A stretch of 64,000 nt of DNA from Octopus sinensis. Its lineage: Eukaryota. Positions 40,151-53,590 of the stretch are shown here, piece by piece. The translations under genes and the position numbers were made by a program. Position 1 is the first letter of the stretch. Each line of letters starts with the position of its first letter. The notes beneath the pieces were generated by a model. It worked only from the letters and a program-made list of their open reading frames with translations. It had not been told where the DNA came from and ran no database searches. The stretch lies in contig NC_043008.1 in assembly GCF_006345805.1 (NCBI RefSeq), forward strand, positions 2,976,001-3,040,000. The letters run 5' to 3'.

Positions 40151-43100
40151 AATGTAACGTTGATAAGTCTAAACAATAATTATTGTATTTCATAGAAATA
40201 ATATTACGATACATAAGCAGATTATAATTAAGAATATCACCTAATTTGTGAGATTTATTTGATGATTATATCAAGTTGCGCGATATATACAACACTTGAT
40301 ACAATCTACAACACCATGGACTTATTCTATCTGTTCAACTGTACATGGATCCAGCTAAATTTTAATTACTGATTCTGTTCTCACAATGAATAAATGAATA
40401 TACCTACGTCTAGCTCCAAGTAAATTTCTATAAGTTATACTGCACTCTCAATCTATAAATGGCACGTTTGGAAGAATTTTCTTTCGTACCGTTATGAGTT
40501 CAGTTATTACATGTGCGATCATGGTGCTGAGGTACACTGCTACAGCTGCAGACACTGCCCGGACGCCTTCTCCTCCCCCTCCTTCTCCTCCTCCTCCTAG
40601 TATTACTACAACCAGATGAATACTATGATGATAATGACGATGGTAATAAGTGGAGTTTATATTTTGATTCAGACACTCATATGCAGTAAAAGAGAGTGTG
40701 CAAAATCCGATGGTGTTATGAGCATTCATGTTATATTCTACGTATACTCATTATAAATATGCACAAATCACTGAGGCTTGCAAATAATATACTTTTCAAT
40801 TTTACCAATTTTTGCATCTTGCCGAATGTCTCAAGAATATTCAGAAGTGCATAACATCTTTTCGAGAAGAACGCGAAACGACATATTCTGACTGGTTTAG
40901 TTGCATATCATACATTTTGGTTTGGCAATTGCCAGTCATATTTTATAACCTCTTACCTATTTCGGCGCTGTATAATCTTAGCAATCTGTAGTATCAGAGT
41001 TATATCTAATTCCACTGTATCAAAAACACTGTCTCCTATTCTTGCAGTTATTCCACTAAGGATCTGTTGAATCCGATTCCGTTACTACTTAAATGATCAT
41101 TCATGTCGAATATATCTTTCCAATAAGAGTTGCTATATTTATGAAAATGAAATAGATTTTAACATCATAAATCTACTTCAGTTTATATTATACAAGAACG
41201 AACACACGTCTGACATTTATTTCGTTCTATAATATGTTTGAGAAGGTTATCCATTGTAGTCGTATACTTGCGTATTTCTATAACATATCGCAAATACAAT
41301 ATCAGTTGTATATATTTGAAATTATGTTATTATATAACAAAGCACACAACACTATCATTTGTCGAGAAAACATTCATTTTGTTCGATAATAAATCGCAGC
41401 ATATTAACAGGATATGTACAGAGACGTTTAAAGGGTAGAATTATTGGAGCCATTAGGATAAAGTGTCTTCGAGCAGTTATTCGTGTATTCTCGGTTGAAA
41501 TCCCAATAGGAAAAATTTACCTTTCATATTTCAAAGTCGATCACTGAAACACAGACATTCTCTCTTTCTCTCTCTCTGACTCTCTCGTTTTGTCTCACTC
41601 TCTCTGTCGCTATATCTATCTCACTCTCTCTCCTTCTCTTTTCCATTTTCTCTCTGTTTATGGATCTTCTGTCTTTTTCGGAGCCAGCTACGATGCCCTT
41701 TTCAATACAGTCTCGAAGAATAGATCTAACAGTTTCTTCAGAATCAAAGATGGGCTGGGAAAAGAACAAACAAATTCTACTTTTATTGGGTGCCTCCAAG
41801 TACGGATTATTATGAAGACCAGAACGGAAATAGTTAAAGACAGATTTACGTTTGTTTCATTATCTAATGTACTATAATGTACAGGTTCAAATGTATTTAC
41901 ATACATTTCATTGTATAAAATGGCTGGTAAATATTTCAGTGTCGTTGACGCATTACAATAACATGTGCAGATATTTGAATTAAAGTAGATCTTTGGTGAA
42001 AACGGTAACAGCAATTGTGTGGTAAATAAGTTCATATAAAATAATGTATAAATGCGTACACACACACAAACACACACAAAGATGCATCCCTTGTGCGACA
42101 TCCTCTGCAGTTATTGCGTAGTGATATATTCTTCCTATATATTACACATTGATCTGAAACAAATATATATATATCGGATGACAGAGCAATAGATAAAGAG
42201 ATAAATATAACTGTGCATGGCTACTTAGCGTGTGCCGTTTCTTAAATGCGTATGTATTTGCGAAAAATTGTGTGCGTGCGAAATTGTATTATTATGTGTC
42301 TTAGTTTTATTGTTTTAAATGTTACAGGTTTAGAAATCTATTGCTTTCAGAAACATGTAATTAGGCCACGCCATTACTATATGTTGCTCAAATAAGGAAC
42401 AGCCCAAAAGTTTTGGTGGATTTCGTTGTGATTGGCTACAATTCAAAATTGCTGCAGAATAATAACTAAAATTAGTAAAAAGTCATAAGTTAAATATGGT
42501 GCAAAATGTTTGTTACAAACGGATTTGCGTGTAATGTTTCATAAATAAGTAATACCATGCTGATCTATGTCGACATCTTTGTCACTCAGTCCGTGGACAA
42601 ACTATAGTGAATTGCCTCATTGTTTGACTGAACAACTAGTGAACATTTAATGCCTGATGCATGATGCAAGACAATATGATGATTCATATACAATGATACG
42701 TTATGCACAAACACACACACGCACGCACACACATCCACATACGCACACAAACGTATATGTATACATGTGTGTGTGTGTGCGTGTGTGTGTGTGTGAGTGT
42801 GCGTGTATGTGTGTGTATAAGTATGTACAGTTTATATATACAACACTATTTCAATATGAATTTCTGTTTCTCTGCAATTTATTTTTATTAAAATATACTG
42901 TTCTGCTCTCTACATCGAGAACTAAAGCTGCGAATTATACATGTATTTTTAATATGTCCCGGTGGATTAAAAAAAGCATATATTTTAGGCACTGTTGGGT
43001 ATATCATAGGAGATTTCTTCAGTCACGATAACAGTGTAATCACAACTCGTCTCATTGGTGTAAGGGCTTCTAGATCACCGGGGTTTTGACATGTTATGTT

Positions 43101-43659
43101 AGTCACAAGTTCCAAACTATTTGAGCTTAAATCTGCCAGTTTTTTTTTATACTTTCAGAAAATGAAATGCTTGCTGAGCAATATTGATATTTGACAACCG
43201 AAAAGAAAAAAATCATTATTTTCACTCTATACATCGAGATGGGAAACGACTATTTGCATAATTACCCCTCATAAGTTCTGGATTATTCACATACAAATAT
43301 GATAGTTGCTGTTTTGTACGTCGCACGGAAAGAATATCTTTTTACGACAGTTTTGTATTCATAAAACACTTAGCTAATCAGCAGAAGGGATTCTGGGACA
43401 CCTGTGAAAAAACACATCCAAACATCGGTTGTTTCGGATAAATTAAACTAAAGCGACCAGTATATTATTAGCCTTGAAATCTAATCTACCGGGACATGCA
43501 AAGAGCAGATATGTCACTCATCCAGTGTTTGTTATGGTCATTAGTAATTTCTTATCTTACTCTTTACAATATCCAGTACCATACATCCAGGAAGTTACAA
43601 ATATATGTGTTTACTCACCCTTATGTTATTTCAAACGCTTTCTTTTCAATTTTATTTTT

Positions 43660-45120
43660 GCTTAATCTTGTTACTGATAATGTAGATATTTTAACAGATC
43701 GCGTTGGGCATTGTAATGCTTTTCTTGTTCGAATGGCTGACTGATAGTCGCCAAGGCGTGTAATTTGCCAGCGGTTCACGTTGTTCCTGTTACATGTTTT
43801 CTTGCGAATGATTTCGCTGTTATTACAGTTGTCGATCTTACACATTTTGTAGCTGGTGTTACTGTTACTGCAGGTCATCTTAGCACTGATACTGCTACGT
43901 TTAATAAATGATGTTGCATAGATTGTCTTTCAATATGTCGCTATTGCTTCAATAGATTTGATAGGTAGGGTACTGCTAATGGTTTCATTGTTAACACAGT
44001 CACTATACTATCGTTGATACTGTTCTTTTGTAGTGTGTCTGCTGCTGTCGATAAAGAAGTTGCTTCGTTACAGTTGGTCTCAATGTTGGTTCTGCTGTTG
44101 ACTTTGTAGCTGATGTTAATTGAGGCGCTATTGTTGCGAAGAATAATCAGCTAAAAACTGCAGCTGATAGCGCTGGTTGATAACGATGTTGTTGTAGCTG
44201 AGAGAAATGCAATTGCGGTTCTGAAGCTCAAATATTCGTCATCATAATGGTGTTGTTGGTCATAGCGCTAACATTGCTGTTACGTTGCAATTGCATTCGC
44301 CATTAATCGAATACTTTACAGTTATCATTACTGCGCCAGTTGATATAATTGTAGACAGCGAAGTATCATTGCTGCATTCGTTTGTTTAGTGCAGTCGTTA
44401 TCATCTACCATGCTGCATAATATTGTTGTTGTTACTGTCTTACTAATAATCATTAATAGTGATGTTGTCTTTTAATTCAACCGTTATTGATAGTGAGATA
44501 GATAATGCGAGTGGCTGTTTTTGTAGTAACCATTGATGAATGTTTTTGATTGCCGTTATTGCTCTTCTGCTTCTTACCGTAATCGTTGTTATTATTGCTG
44601 TTGTATTTGATGTTGTCAATTATGTAGATAATAATGGTGTTACAGAAATTGTTTATATTCTTATGACTGCTTTTTATTTTGTTTTGTTTTGTTTTGTTTT
44701 TGTAGCTGTTTTTAGTGTTGCAGAAAATGTTGATTTCTGTTGATTCGGTAATAATTGATAGTGACGAAGATAATGCGGTGTTTGCAGTGTGATGAGAGCG
44801 ATAATTATGCTTTTGGTTACTAATAGTGCAGCGGACTAGAAGAATCGTCCTCGTCGCCAACGTCATCACCATCATCATCATCATCATCGTCGTCGTTATA
44901 CTCATCATCAGCATCACAATCATCATCACCACCACCTAGAACAACAATAATACCATCATCAACGTCGTCTTCGTCGCCATCATCATAATCATCATCGCAA
45001 CCATCATTTCACCACCACCAACTCGAACAACAATAACACCAACATTTCCGCCGTCGACATCAGCATCATCATCAACATCATCCTTATTTTGCACATAATC
45101 ATAATCGTCATTGCAAGTCA
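43660..45120. repeat. Decayed trinucleotide low-complexity region (GTT/GCT/GAT, then CAT/CAC)
   Basis: Triplet-biased sequence with stops in all frames, purest at 44860-45120. Confidence 0.6.
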
Positions 45121-45593
45121 TCTTCGAAGCAGATATCGTTAATTTTTTTCTTTTTCCTTTTTTTTTTTTTCTATAGTGTAACAGTTTTAGCAGTTGTCCT
45201 TATCTCTGACGATATAAATAGTAATGTGCGCAATATCCTTGCGGCTACTCCAGTTTTTAGATTTTCTTATTGACATTATAATGGCAGCTATTGCTTGTGC
45301 TATTGTCATTGTTACGTGTCTATCCTTGATAGAGATGCCGAAAATAATTTAGCCAAATCACATTTTGTGTAAACTTTGAAGAATAAAATATTGATTGCTG
45401 CGTGCAAATATTTTAAAAGTTTTTTGGGAAATGCTATCCTTATTATATGCAACAAGGCGTTCAGGAAGCGTTGCTATATTGGATGAACCTAAAGCGTACA
45501 ATGTTTCAGCAATGCCACTTATTTCACTATATTCAAGGTCAATAAGATAATGTTTCTTATTCATATCTACTTATCTATCTATCTATTCATCTA

Positions 45594-45698
<105 letters not shown>

Positions 45699-45711
45699 GT
45701 ATATATATATA

Positions 45712-45910
45712 GTTAATCCAAACAAGAAAGCACAAAAAACACAACGCGAGGACGTGGAACAGATATAGTATTATTGGAAAGAAGGAAAGAAGGAAAGAAG
45801 GAGGTTATAGCGTTTCGAGCGGAGCTCTTCATCGGAATCATAGGAGAAGGAAAGATCCAGAGAAGGGAAGACAGAGGAAAAAATCACCAACGGTACACGC
45901 GAGGTCACAT
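45712..45910 (-). mobile_element. Family P1 copy with CCGATGA hammerhead-like core (possibly extending to ~46040)
   Basis: The minus strand reads ttCCGATGAagagctccgctcGAAAcgctataacc. It abuts (TA)n at 45635-45711. Helix III/cleavage site is altered. Confidence 0.75.
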
Positions 45911-46302
45911 TTTGAAAGACCAGTAGGAAATGGGGGAAGAAAGATGTTTTCAAAGACAGGAAAGTAGTATTGTCAAAGACAGAAGAATGGTGAAGGAGGA
46001 GGAATGTATGTGTAAGTGTGGATATGTGCATGAGCGGAGGTCTGCGTGTCCGTGTGTGTGTGTATGTGTGTATTTGTGCAATGATGACATGTGTGTGTGT
46101 GCGTGTGTGTGTGTATGTGTGTGTGGTTGTGGCTGTAAACAAAGCGTGTTTGTAGGGCTAGTAGTTTATATATATATATATATATATATATTAAATAATG
46201 AGGGTGAATAAAATTATAGATATTAATTCAATAATACCCTTATTTTAACACCAAGCGACGTAGCACAAAAAACCGGGGACACAAATTCATATTTATCCGT
46301 AA

Positions 46303-46674
46303 ACTAGCAGTATCGCCCGGCGTTGCTCAGGTTTGTAAGGGAAATAACTATAAAGCATTTTAGAGAGTTATAGCCAAAAAATAGAAAAAAATGATGGTAA
46401 ATTTTTTTGAGAGTAAAAAAAGTTTGAGTTGCGTCCCCTAGACAGTCTGTGGTTATTTTTTTTGATTCTCGACCCCATGTCGAATTTATCGATTTTTTCA
46501 GAACTGGGGGAACTTTTCAAAATTTTCGCTGCGTTAGTTTTGAATTATGACATTGGGCTATGTGTGTGTCAAGTTTCATCAGAATCGGTTGAAAGCCGTG
46601 GTCAGAGTGAGGGTACGAGAAAACAGACACACAGAAACACGCACAGACAAACTGCCATTTATATAGAGAGAGAT
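46303..46674 (+). mobile_element. Non-autonomous Helitron/Helentron-like element (DINE-1/Lep1 architecture)
   Basis: Starts actagcagtatcgcccggcgttgctc. Contains aagtttcatcagaatcggttgaaagccgtgg, followed by an (ACAG)-like microsatellite, and ends tttatatagagagagat. Confidence 0.6.
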
Positions 46675-46980
46675 ATTAGAGAGTCAACTTTGAATATGTT
46701 AACTCTAGTGCTAGAAATAGGTCCGATCGGTAAAAGTCGCCGACGATAAATCCACATAGAAATAGCACCACAATCAACGCTATGAAATTAAATTACTACT
46801 AAATAATGGATTAATGTTGTACAATTGTTTCTTCATTAACAAAATGCAGATTATACTTACATAATTGTCTATGATTCATCAGCAACATTTGTCAATATAA
46901 TTGATCAGACCCTTACAAGCGACGATTCTCAAGCGACTCTAGCACTAGAGTTAACATATTCAAAGTTGACTCTCTAATAT
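46673..46980. mobile_element. MITE with perfect 42-bp inverted ends (39-bp TIR plus TA, or ATAT duplication)
   Basis: atattagagagtcaactttgaatatgttaactctagtgctag (46673-46714) is the exact reverse complement of 46939-46980. Non-coding interior. Confidence 0.9.
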
Positions 46981-47036
46981 TTACGGGTATATATATATAT
47001 TATATATATATATACATACATACATATATATATATA

Positions 47037-47106
<70 letters not shown>

Positions 47107-47305
47107 AAAAAGTCAAGGTAGAAAATGCTAAAACGAATTTATGAAAAACATTCCAGTATCGGTTTCACACATGGAGACTTCTTCAACTGTAAGTATGGAA
47201 AAACAAAAGGTTTTTTAAAAATATTTGCATAGTGTTCAAATGCAAGGGGCATTTTGCTTGTTTTTTGCCCGTTTTTGTTTACCATATACTATATATATAT
47301 ATATA

Positions 47306-47494
47306 GTTAATCCAAACAAGAAAGCACAAAACAACACAACAAAGCGAGGACGTGGAACAAATATAGTATTATTGGACGCTCAGGAAAGAAGGAAAGAAAG
47401 AGCGTGTAACGTTTCGAGCGGAGCTCTTCGTCGGAAGCATAGCAAAAGGAAAGATCCAGAGAAGGGAAGACAGAGGAAAAAATCGCCAACGGTA

Positions 47495-47498
<4 letters not shown>
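47306..47498 (-). mobile_element. Family P1 copy with CCGACGA hammerhead-like core
   Basis: The minus strand reads ttCCGACGAagagctccgctcGAAAcgttacacg. Flanked by (TA)n and (GT)n. Confidence 0.8.
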
Positions 47499-47537
<39 letters not shown>

Positions 47538-48618
47538 TGTGTGTGTGTGTGGTAACAAGTGGAAATAAAACGTATCTGAAACAAGGAGCTTCCTCAGAAT
47601 GAAGAATAAATAAGGAAGAAGAGCATAGGGAGGAACAAGAGAAAAGTTGAATATGGTTGTAATCATACCATTTCGCTCGTATGTCTCTTTGGGGTGTTAA
47701 TTAAAAGACTAAACGAAGATAGCAATTCGTGCATTAATCATTTGTACAGGAGAGGAATAGGATGGCTAATTAATAAAAATAAAGAAACAAAAATAATAGT
47801 GGGATACACCAAAAGGTTTTAGTCGGAGCAGGGGTGAAGATACAGATATTATTCAGTAGAAAAGTTATGGAAATATTTCTGGTTAAGGGGAGGCCATAAG
47901 TAGGGTACGTGGCGATAATTTGGGGTTCCTGGTTTTAGTACAAGCAGCAGTGTCCGAATAGGTTCTGTACTGTAAGTTCCAAGGTGGACATGAGAATTTT
48001 GTCACTTGGGTGGGGGGAATATATATTATTTGGCTGTTATTATTTCTGCAGTTAATTTGGAATCTTCATATACTGTTTGCATCTAGCTGTGCAAAATCAT
48101 GTTTGTTCGTGTGCAAAATTCTGGCCAATCTCTCCGAATATCGATTAATAATCCTATCCTTCGTCAACAGTACAGACAATATTTGGGCGCCTTTTCAACA
48201 TTTTTCTCAGTATTTTTCCAATATAAATATATACCTCTATGTATGTGAGTGTGTGTATGTATCTATTTATGTATGTATGTATAAGCTACATTTTTATTTA
48301 TATAATGTACACACAATTTATTTCTCTTGTGAGTATGACGTACCTTTCCTTCTGTGTGTATCTAATATGTCGACATGTGGTATATAAGACATGTGATTAT
48401 ACAAAAGAAGGATATTTGTCTGATTCACATTTTCCATTTTTTTTTAAACAGGCATTTGCTTCTATAAAATATCTAACACAAACTTCGAGACGAAACAAAG
48501 CTGTTTCCACGTAACGTCTAATACGTGTAGTTAATTCATCTAAGACGAATTAACTACACGTATTTACCATTTTGCATCTACGTTGCGATTTTCGACGTTG
48601 AATTATTAACATACAATA

Positions 48619-48621
<3 letters not shown>

Positions 48622-48649
<28 letters not shown>

Positions 48650-48687
48650 TGTATGTATGTATGTATGTATGTATGTATGTATGTATG
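48622..48687. repeat. (ATGT)n microsatellite
   Basis: Read directly. Confidence 0.97.
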
Positions 48688-50240
48688 CATGCATGTATGT
48701 GTGCGCATACATGTAACCAGCAACGTTATAACATTGACTATTAACAGCTCATTTTCAATAGCCACTTCCACTAGTCACTGGATTTCAAACATTTCTCCAT
48801 TAATTAATGTCAGTGTGAACGATCACAATTACTCCAAGTCTGTGAAACTGTAACCCGCACTGAGCCGAAAAAACTGTTTTAAATCATAATATATGTAATT
48901 TTTATTAAATGTGTTGACTACACATTCCTGACGTTTGTCTTTTCACACATGTATGTGTGTGTATGCAAACAGAAGGACATAGAGGGATATATATATATAT
49001 ATTCATATACAATACTGATGTTTATGGAACTAAACTCTTATGTACTTGCAAGATCTCGGCTTTATTGAATACAATTTCGATCAAAGGATTTCAGAGTGTC
49101 TCTCTGTGGAATAAACGAATGCAATATAGACAATCCATTATTCTCCGAGATTAGTCATAGTCTTATGAAATCAGGCTATTACTATGAATTATTTATATAT
49201 GCATGCTTACAACTCTAGTTGGAGTGTCTACCGTCCATTTTTCGTCCAAAGTCTGGCGAGATTGATTTGACATATGATAGACTGTTACATCTTAATTTTC
49301 CGCCGGAGATTCACAAGGGCTGCATTGCGAAAAGCTGTTTCTTCTTTTATCTTTATTATATTTTAAACGGTAGCGATTGATTTAAGGAATATTTAACTTC
49401 CCCTTCTAGCTTATCGACTCTCCTTACAGACGCATTTTCTTGCAGATAATGTATCTTCACACGTATGCGTGAGTGGTGAGGATTCAGATTGTGTATATAA
49501 TACGCTTAGCATTTGTGCGTGAAACAAGCGTACATGTTATGCGCATTCTTTTATATCACTCGGTGACATAAATGAAAATAAATGTGACACTTATCACCCC
49601 GCCATATTACTGTAAGTATAGACATATATATCACATTCAGCATGTCTATAACTATCATCCCTATATATATAGGTTCCTCCCGACATAGGGGCAAAAGCCA
49701 AGCTGATAATTTTGCTAGCCACGTATGGCGTTTGGGAACTAATGCAAATTCACATACTGTAAAGTGGAAATCAATCGAAAAATCCCACGTGATACATTAA
49801 CGGATCGAAACAATCTAAGTTAAGTTATGCTTAGCTGAAAGAGCTCACATCCTTTTCAGATCTAAGATCTTCAAGTCACTGCTGAAGTCTAGATCGGAAA
49901 TTTTCAGCGGTTGCAAACATATACTTAAATTCCTTTTGAAGAATTGGGAAGTTCCTCCTTCAGATTATTACCCGTACAATAAACTTTAAACAACTATTTT
50001 TTCAAGCTTATAATTTACGATGTAAGGGAGATAACTATTTTCCCCCTTTTCTTTCGAGATTACTTTTCCGTTTCCCGATTTTTCATCCTTACACTTTTTC
50101 TATACACCCGATCCTCGTTTTTCTCGTTTCTTCTCTCATTTATTTTTTAGTTCATTATGCTTAGATATCAGACGTATTACAAAATATTGCTTGACATTTT
50201 CTCAACACCTGAAACTAGTAGTGGCAAATAAGAATATGTA

Positions 50241-50667
50241 TTACTCTTTTACTCTCTTTTACTATTTTACTTGTTTCAGCCATTTGACTGCGGCCATGCT
50301 GGAGCACCGCCTTTAGTCAAGCAAATCGACCCCGGGACATTCTTTGTAAGCCCAGGACTTATTCCATCGGTCTCTTTTGCCGAACCGCTAAGGAACGGGA
50401 ACGGGGACGTAAACACACCAGCATCGGTTGTCAAGCAATGCTAAGGGGACAGACACAGATACAGAAACACACACACACACACATATATATATATACATAT
50501 ATACGACAGTCTTCTTTCAGTTTCCGTCTACCAAATCCACTCACAAGGCATTGGTCGGCCCGGCGCTATAACAGAAGACACTCATCCAAGATGCCACGCA
50601 GTGGGACTGAACCTGGAACCATGGGGTTGGTTAGCAAGCTACTTACCACACAGCCACTCCTGCGCCT
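50241..50667 (-). mobile_element. Full-length, young-looking tRNA-derived SINE family A
   Basis: Minus strand aggcgcaggagtggctgtgtggtaagtagcttgc...ggttcagtcccactgcgtggc, an internal (TA)/(GT) tract, and a tail of gtaaaa(ga)gagtaaaa repeats. Confidence 0.92.
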
Positions 50668-50833
50668 ATTGTGTCTATTAAATAATATTTATCTCTCACC
50701 AGAGAACATTTTTGTTGATCTTACCATCATGGAACAGTACATTGTGTGTGTGTATGTGTGTGTGTGTCTGTGTGTGTGTCTGTGTGTGTGTGTCTGTGTG
50801 TGTGTATGCGTGTGTGTCTGTGTGTATGTGTTT

Positions 50834-51265
50834 GTTAGTTAGTTAGTTAATTTTTGGCTCAAAAGGAAATAGCAAGGCCATGTAGGGGGACATGGAGTTA
50901 AGTACATGATGGTGTTCATGTAAAGAGTTCAGGCCACTTGAGGTCAAGGGAGACTTTGAACAAAGCGGTCGTCGGCATCTTCACCATCTCTTCTGGCAGC
51001 TTGTTCCACGGATCCGCAACCCGGACGGAGAAAGCTCCTCTCCTTCGATTAAGATGAAATCGTCGCCGGTAGAGCTTTTCCGAATGACCCCGCAGCCGAC
51101 GCTCTGGAGCAGGAGTGAAGAACAGCTCTTTCGAGAGGTTACCCTTCCGCTTATGATGTTGTGAGCGAGAATGAGATCACCACGGCGGCGGCGTTTTTCT
51201 AGAGAATAAAGGTCGAGCGTCCTCAGCCTTTCTTCATAAGACAAATATTTGAGACCATGAAGCAT
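50834..51265 (-). mobile_element. 5'-truncated CR1-clade LINE 3' end with (AACT)n tail
   Basis: LSYEERLRTLDLYSLEKRRRRGDLILAHNIISGRV, one frameshift near 51140, then RLRGHSEKL...FSVRVADPWNKLPEEMV...LDLKWPELFT* (stop at 50916-50918). Short 3' UTR and tandem tail at 50834-50849. Confidence 0.9.
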
Positions 51266-52007
51266 GCGTATGTGTTATTGTGTGAGTGGTGCACCCCCGT
51301 ATTTGTATGCGTTTGTCCATACCTGAATTCTCAGACTTAGTGAAAGTCGCGTCGACCAATTTTTTTACCGGAGGAAACGAACGAGGCATGTAGCCATGTG
51401 ACGGAAACATTACACAAGGAACCAAATTTTGAATGAATCCACGTCTACGCATATCTTGGATACTAGTTCGAAAAGCAGGGTAATATGATATCATTCACTA
51501 TATCAAAGTTGTTTTATCAAATACTTCCTGCACTTTCTGTGTAAGCATTTTTATATTTGTGTGTATATTTATACATATATACGAATATATGTATGTGCAT
51601 ATATGTGTATATAAGAAGGAAAATACAGAAGAATAGTTTGTAGAAATCTCTTCGTTTCTGATCTTATAATTAATGCATAACAACACAATTTAATGAAGAA
51701 AATTGCTGAGGGCTTAAGTATATTGCATAAAAATTTATAGAGCATACAGAAATAAATATATGTCTAGATAGACAAGAGGCATGCAGTTGTATAGAAATAA
51801 GCATTATTATCTGTCTTGCGGTATCAATAAACACAAACAGAGAATCATGAACGATAATCAACCATATTCAAATCCAATCAATATAAACGTGGCGATTCGG
51901 AAATATCGTTCATCTCTTGATAGTTTTCTTTGGGATTATGTATGTATACGAGTGCGTATATGTATGCATACCTATATGTGAGTTTGTTTGTGTATTTATG
52001 CGTGTGG

Positions 52008-52103
52008 GTTTATGTATGTATGTCTTGTATGTATGTATGTATGTATGTATGTATGTATGTATGTAGGTAGGTAGGTAGGTATGTATGTATGTATGTATGT
52101 ATG
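52008..52103. repeat. (ATGT)n/(AGGT)n microsatellite
   Basis: Read directly. Confidence 0.95.
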
Positions 52104-52849
52104 TCTTGAAGACATTGTAGAACTTTAGCTGGGCTAAAATGTCACATTCGATCACAGCACCAATAACAGTTAAGCTTCGTGCAATGGCCATACTCAATAA
52201 CGAGGGGCAGCCATCATGTATGTATATATGTATGTATGTATGTATGTATATTTGAATGTGTATCTGTGTGTATGTAGAAGAGTTTATCTGACCTCCTTAT
52301 TACTTGAAGTGTTGTGGGCGTTTGTGACACGGATCCTTCGTCCTATACATAGGATTATCATTGATCTGTCTTCACTCATAATGATCTAGTTTAATCTATG
52401 CAGTGTTCTTAAACCCTCATCAATGTTTTTAAATAACGTAAAAATAATAATACAAATAAACGGAACCTAAAGAGCAGAAAATTGTTTAAATGGAATTTAT
52501 ATACCTTTATTTAGTCAAAACTAATTATCAAAAAACAATATTATGTATGTAACTCCTGTCCTATACCTTTGTAATTAAATTATAATTAAATATTGTATGA
52601 CACATTAATTTACTATATCATGAATACAATATTCTTTTATAAACATTACAAAAACTATTTTATATTTGTCGTGGGGTACATCTATTTATTTGATGGCATC
52701 TTTTAGACAAAGAAACAAAATATTCACAGCCTCAGTCATACTGTAATTTATGCTTGTTTGCAAAGCTCTAAATTTTAATGACAACACTACAATAACAAAT
52801 AATTACACTGAGATTTGCTCTTGCCTGCATATACTGAAGATGAAGTTAC

Positions 52850-53590
52850 CAATATATATATATATGGCTCAAATAAAATATATTATAACAGAAAACATCA
52901 TCTGAAATCATATATAACTGCATATAAGGCTGACTCTATTAAACTTGGACTAAATGCACAGCTATGCTGAAAAAGATAGATGTCAATGACATGTGTATCT
53001 TTAGAAGATTTGACAGGATAAGCAGGAATGAAAAGAATAAAGTACAGAGCAAAATATAATTGGTAAAAATGGATGTCGTAAATAATACGGATATGCAAGG
53101 AAATTACTGATATATTTTAAAGGATACAGTGCAAAATTATCCACATTTTTCAATGGTTAGTTTGAGTAATACTCCAATATCCATCAAAAGATTAACGCCA
53201 AGAAATTTACTGTTTCTCTTAGGTGTAGCTATCAATCAATCCTAATATCTTAATTGTATATTAATTGAAATTACAGTGATATATTTGTGTTAGCATTAGA
53301 GTCAACAAAAACTTAGGAAGTCTGAAACTTCAAATGTCAACAGATCCCAAGTAACATGAAAGTAAATGCAGCAAAAATTACAGTCTGTAGCAACAAGAAA
53401 AGGGCTCGTGAAATTTTAATGGGAGAAGCATGAACTTTAATAATGCATGAAAAGTTCGAAAATAAGTACACGCAAGAATATTTTTCTTTCACATGCTCAG
53501 AAAATATATTTAAAAGTTTCGAATATACGGACATATCTAACATGAGCGGTAGACCTAAACTGAAGACCAGTGCAAAATGTTGTCATTAAA
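52850..53590 (+). mobile_element. Fossil hAT (SPIN/Charlie, GTF2IRD2-like) transposase C-terminus
   Basis: NMKVNAAKIT (compare YPNLKxxAxK) and a frame ending KCCH* (compare QCQxSH*); otherwise degenerate. Confidence 0.3.

Noticed and set aside
50834-50849. (GTTA)n as a telomere-like repeat
   Set aside because: It is the tandem 3' tail of the adjacent CR1 fragment, not TTAGGG.
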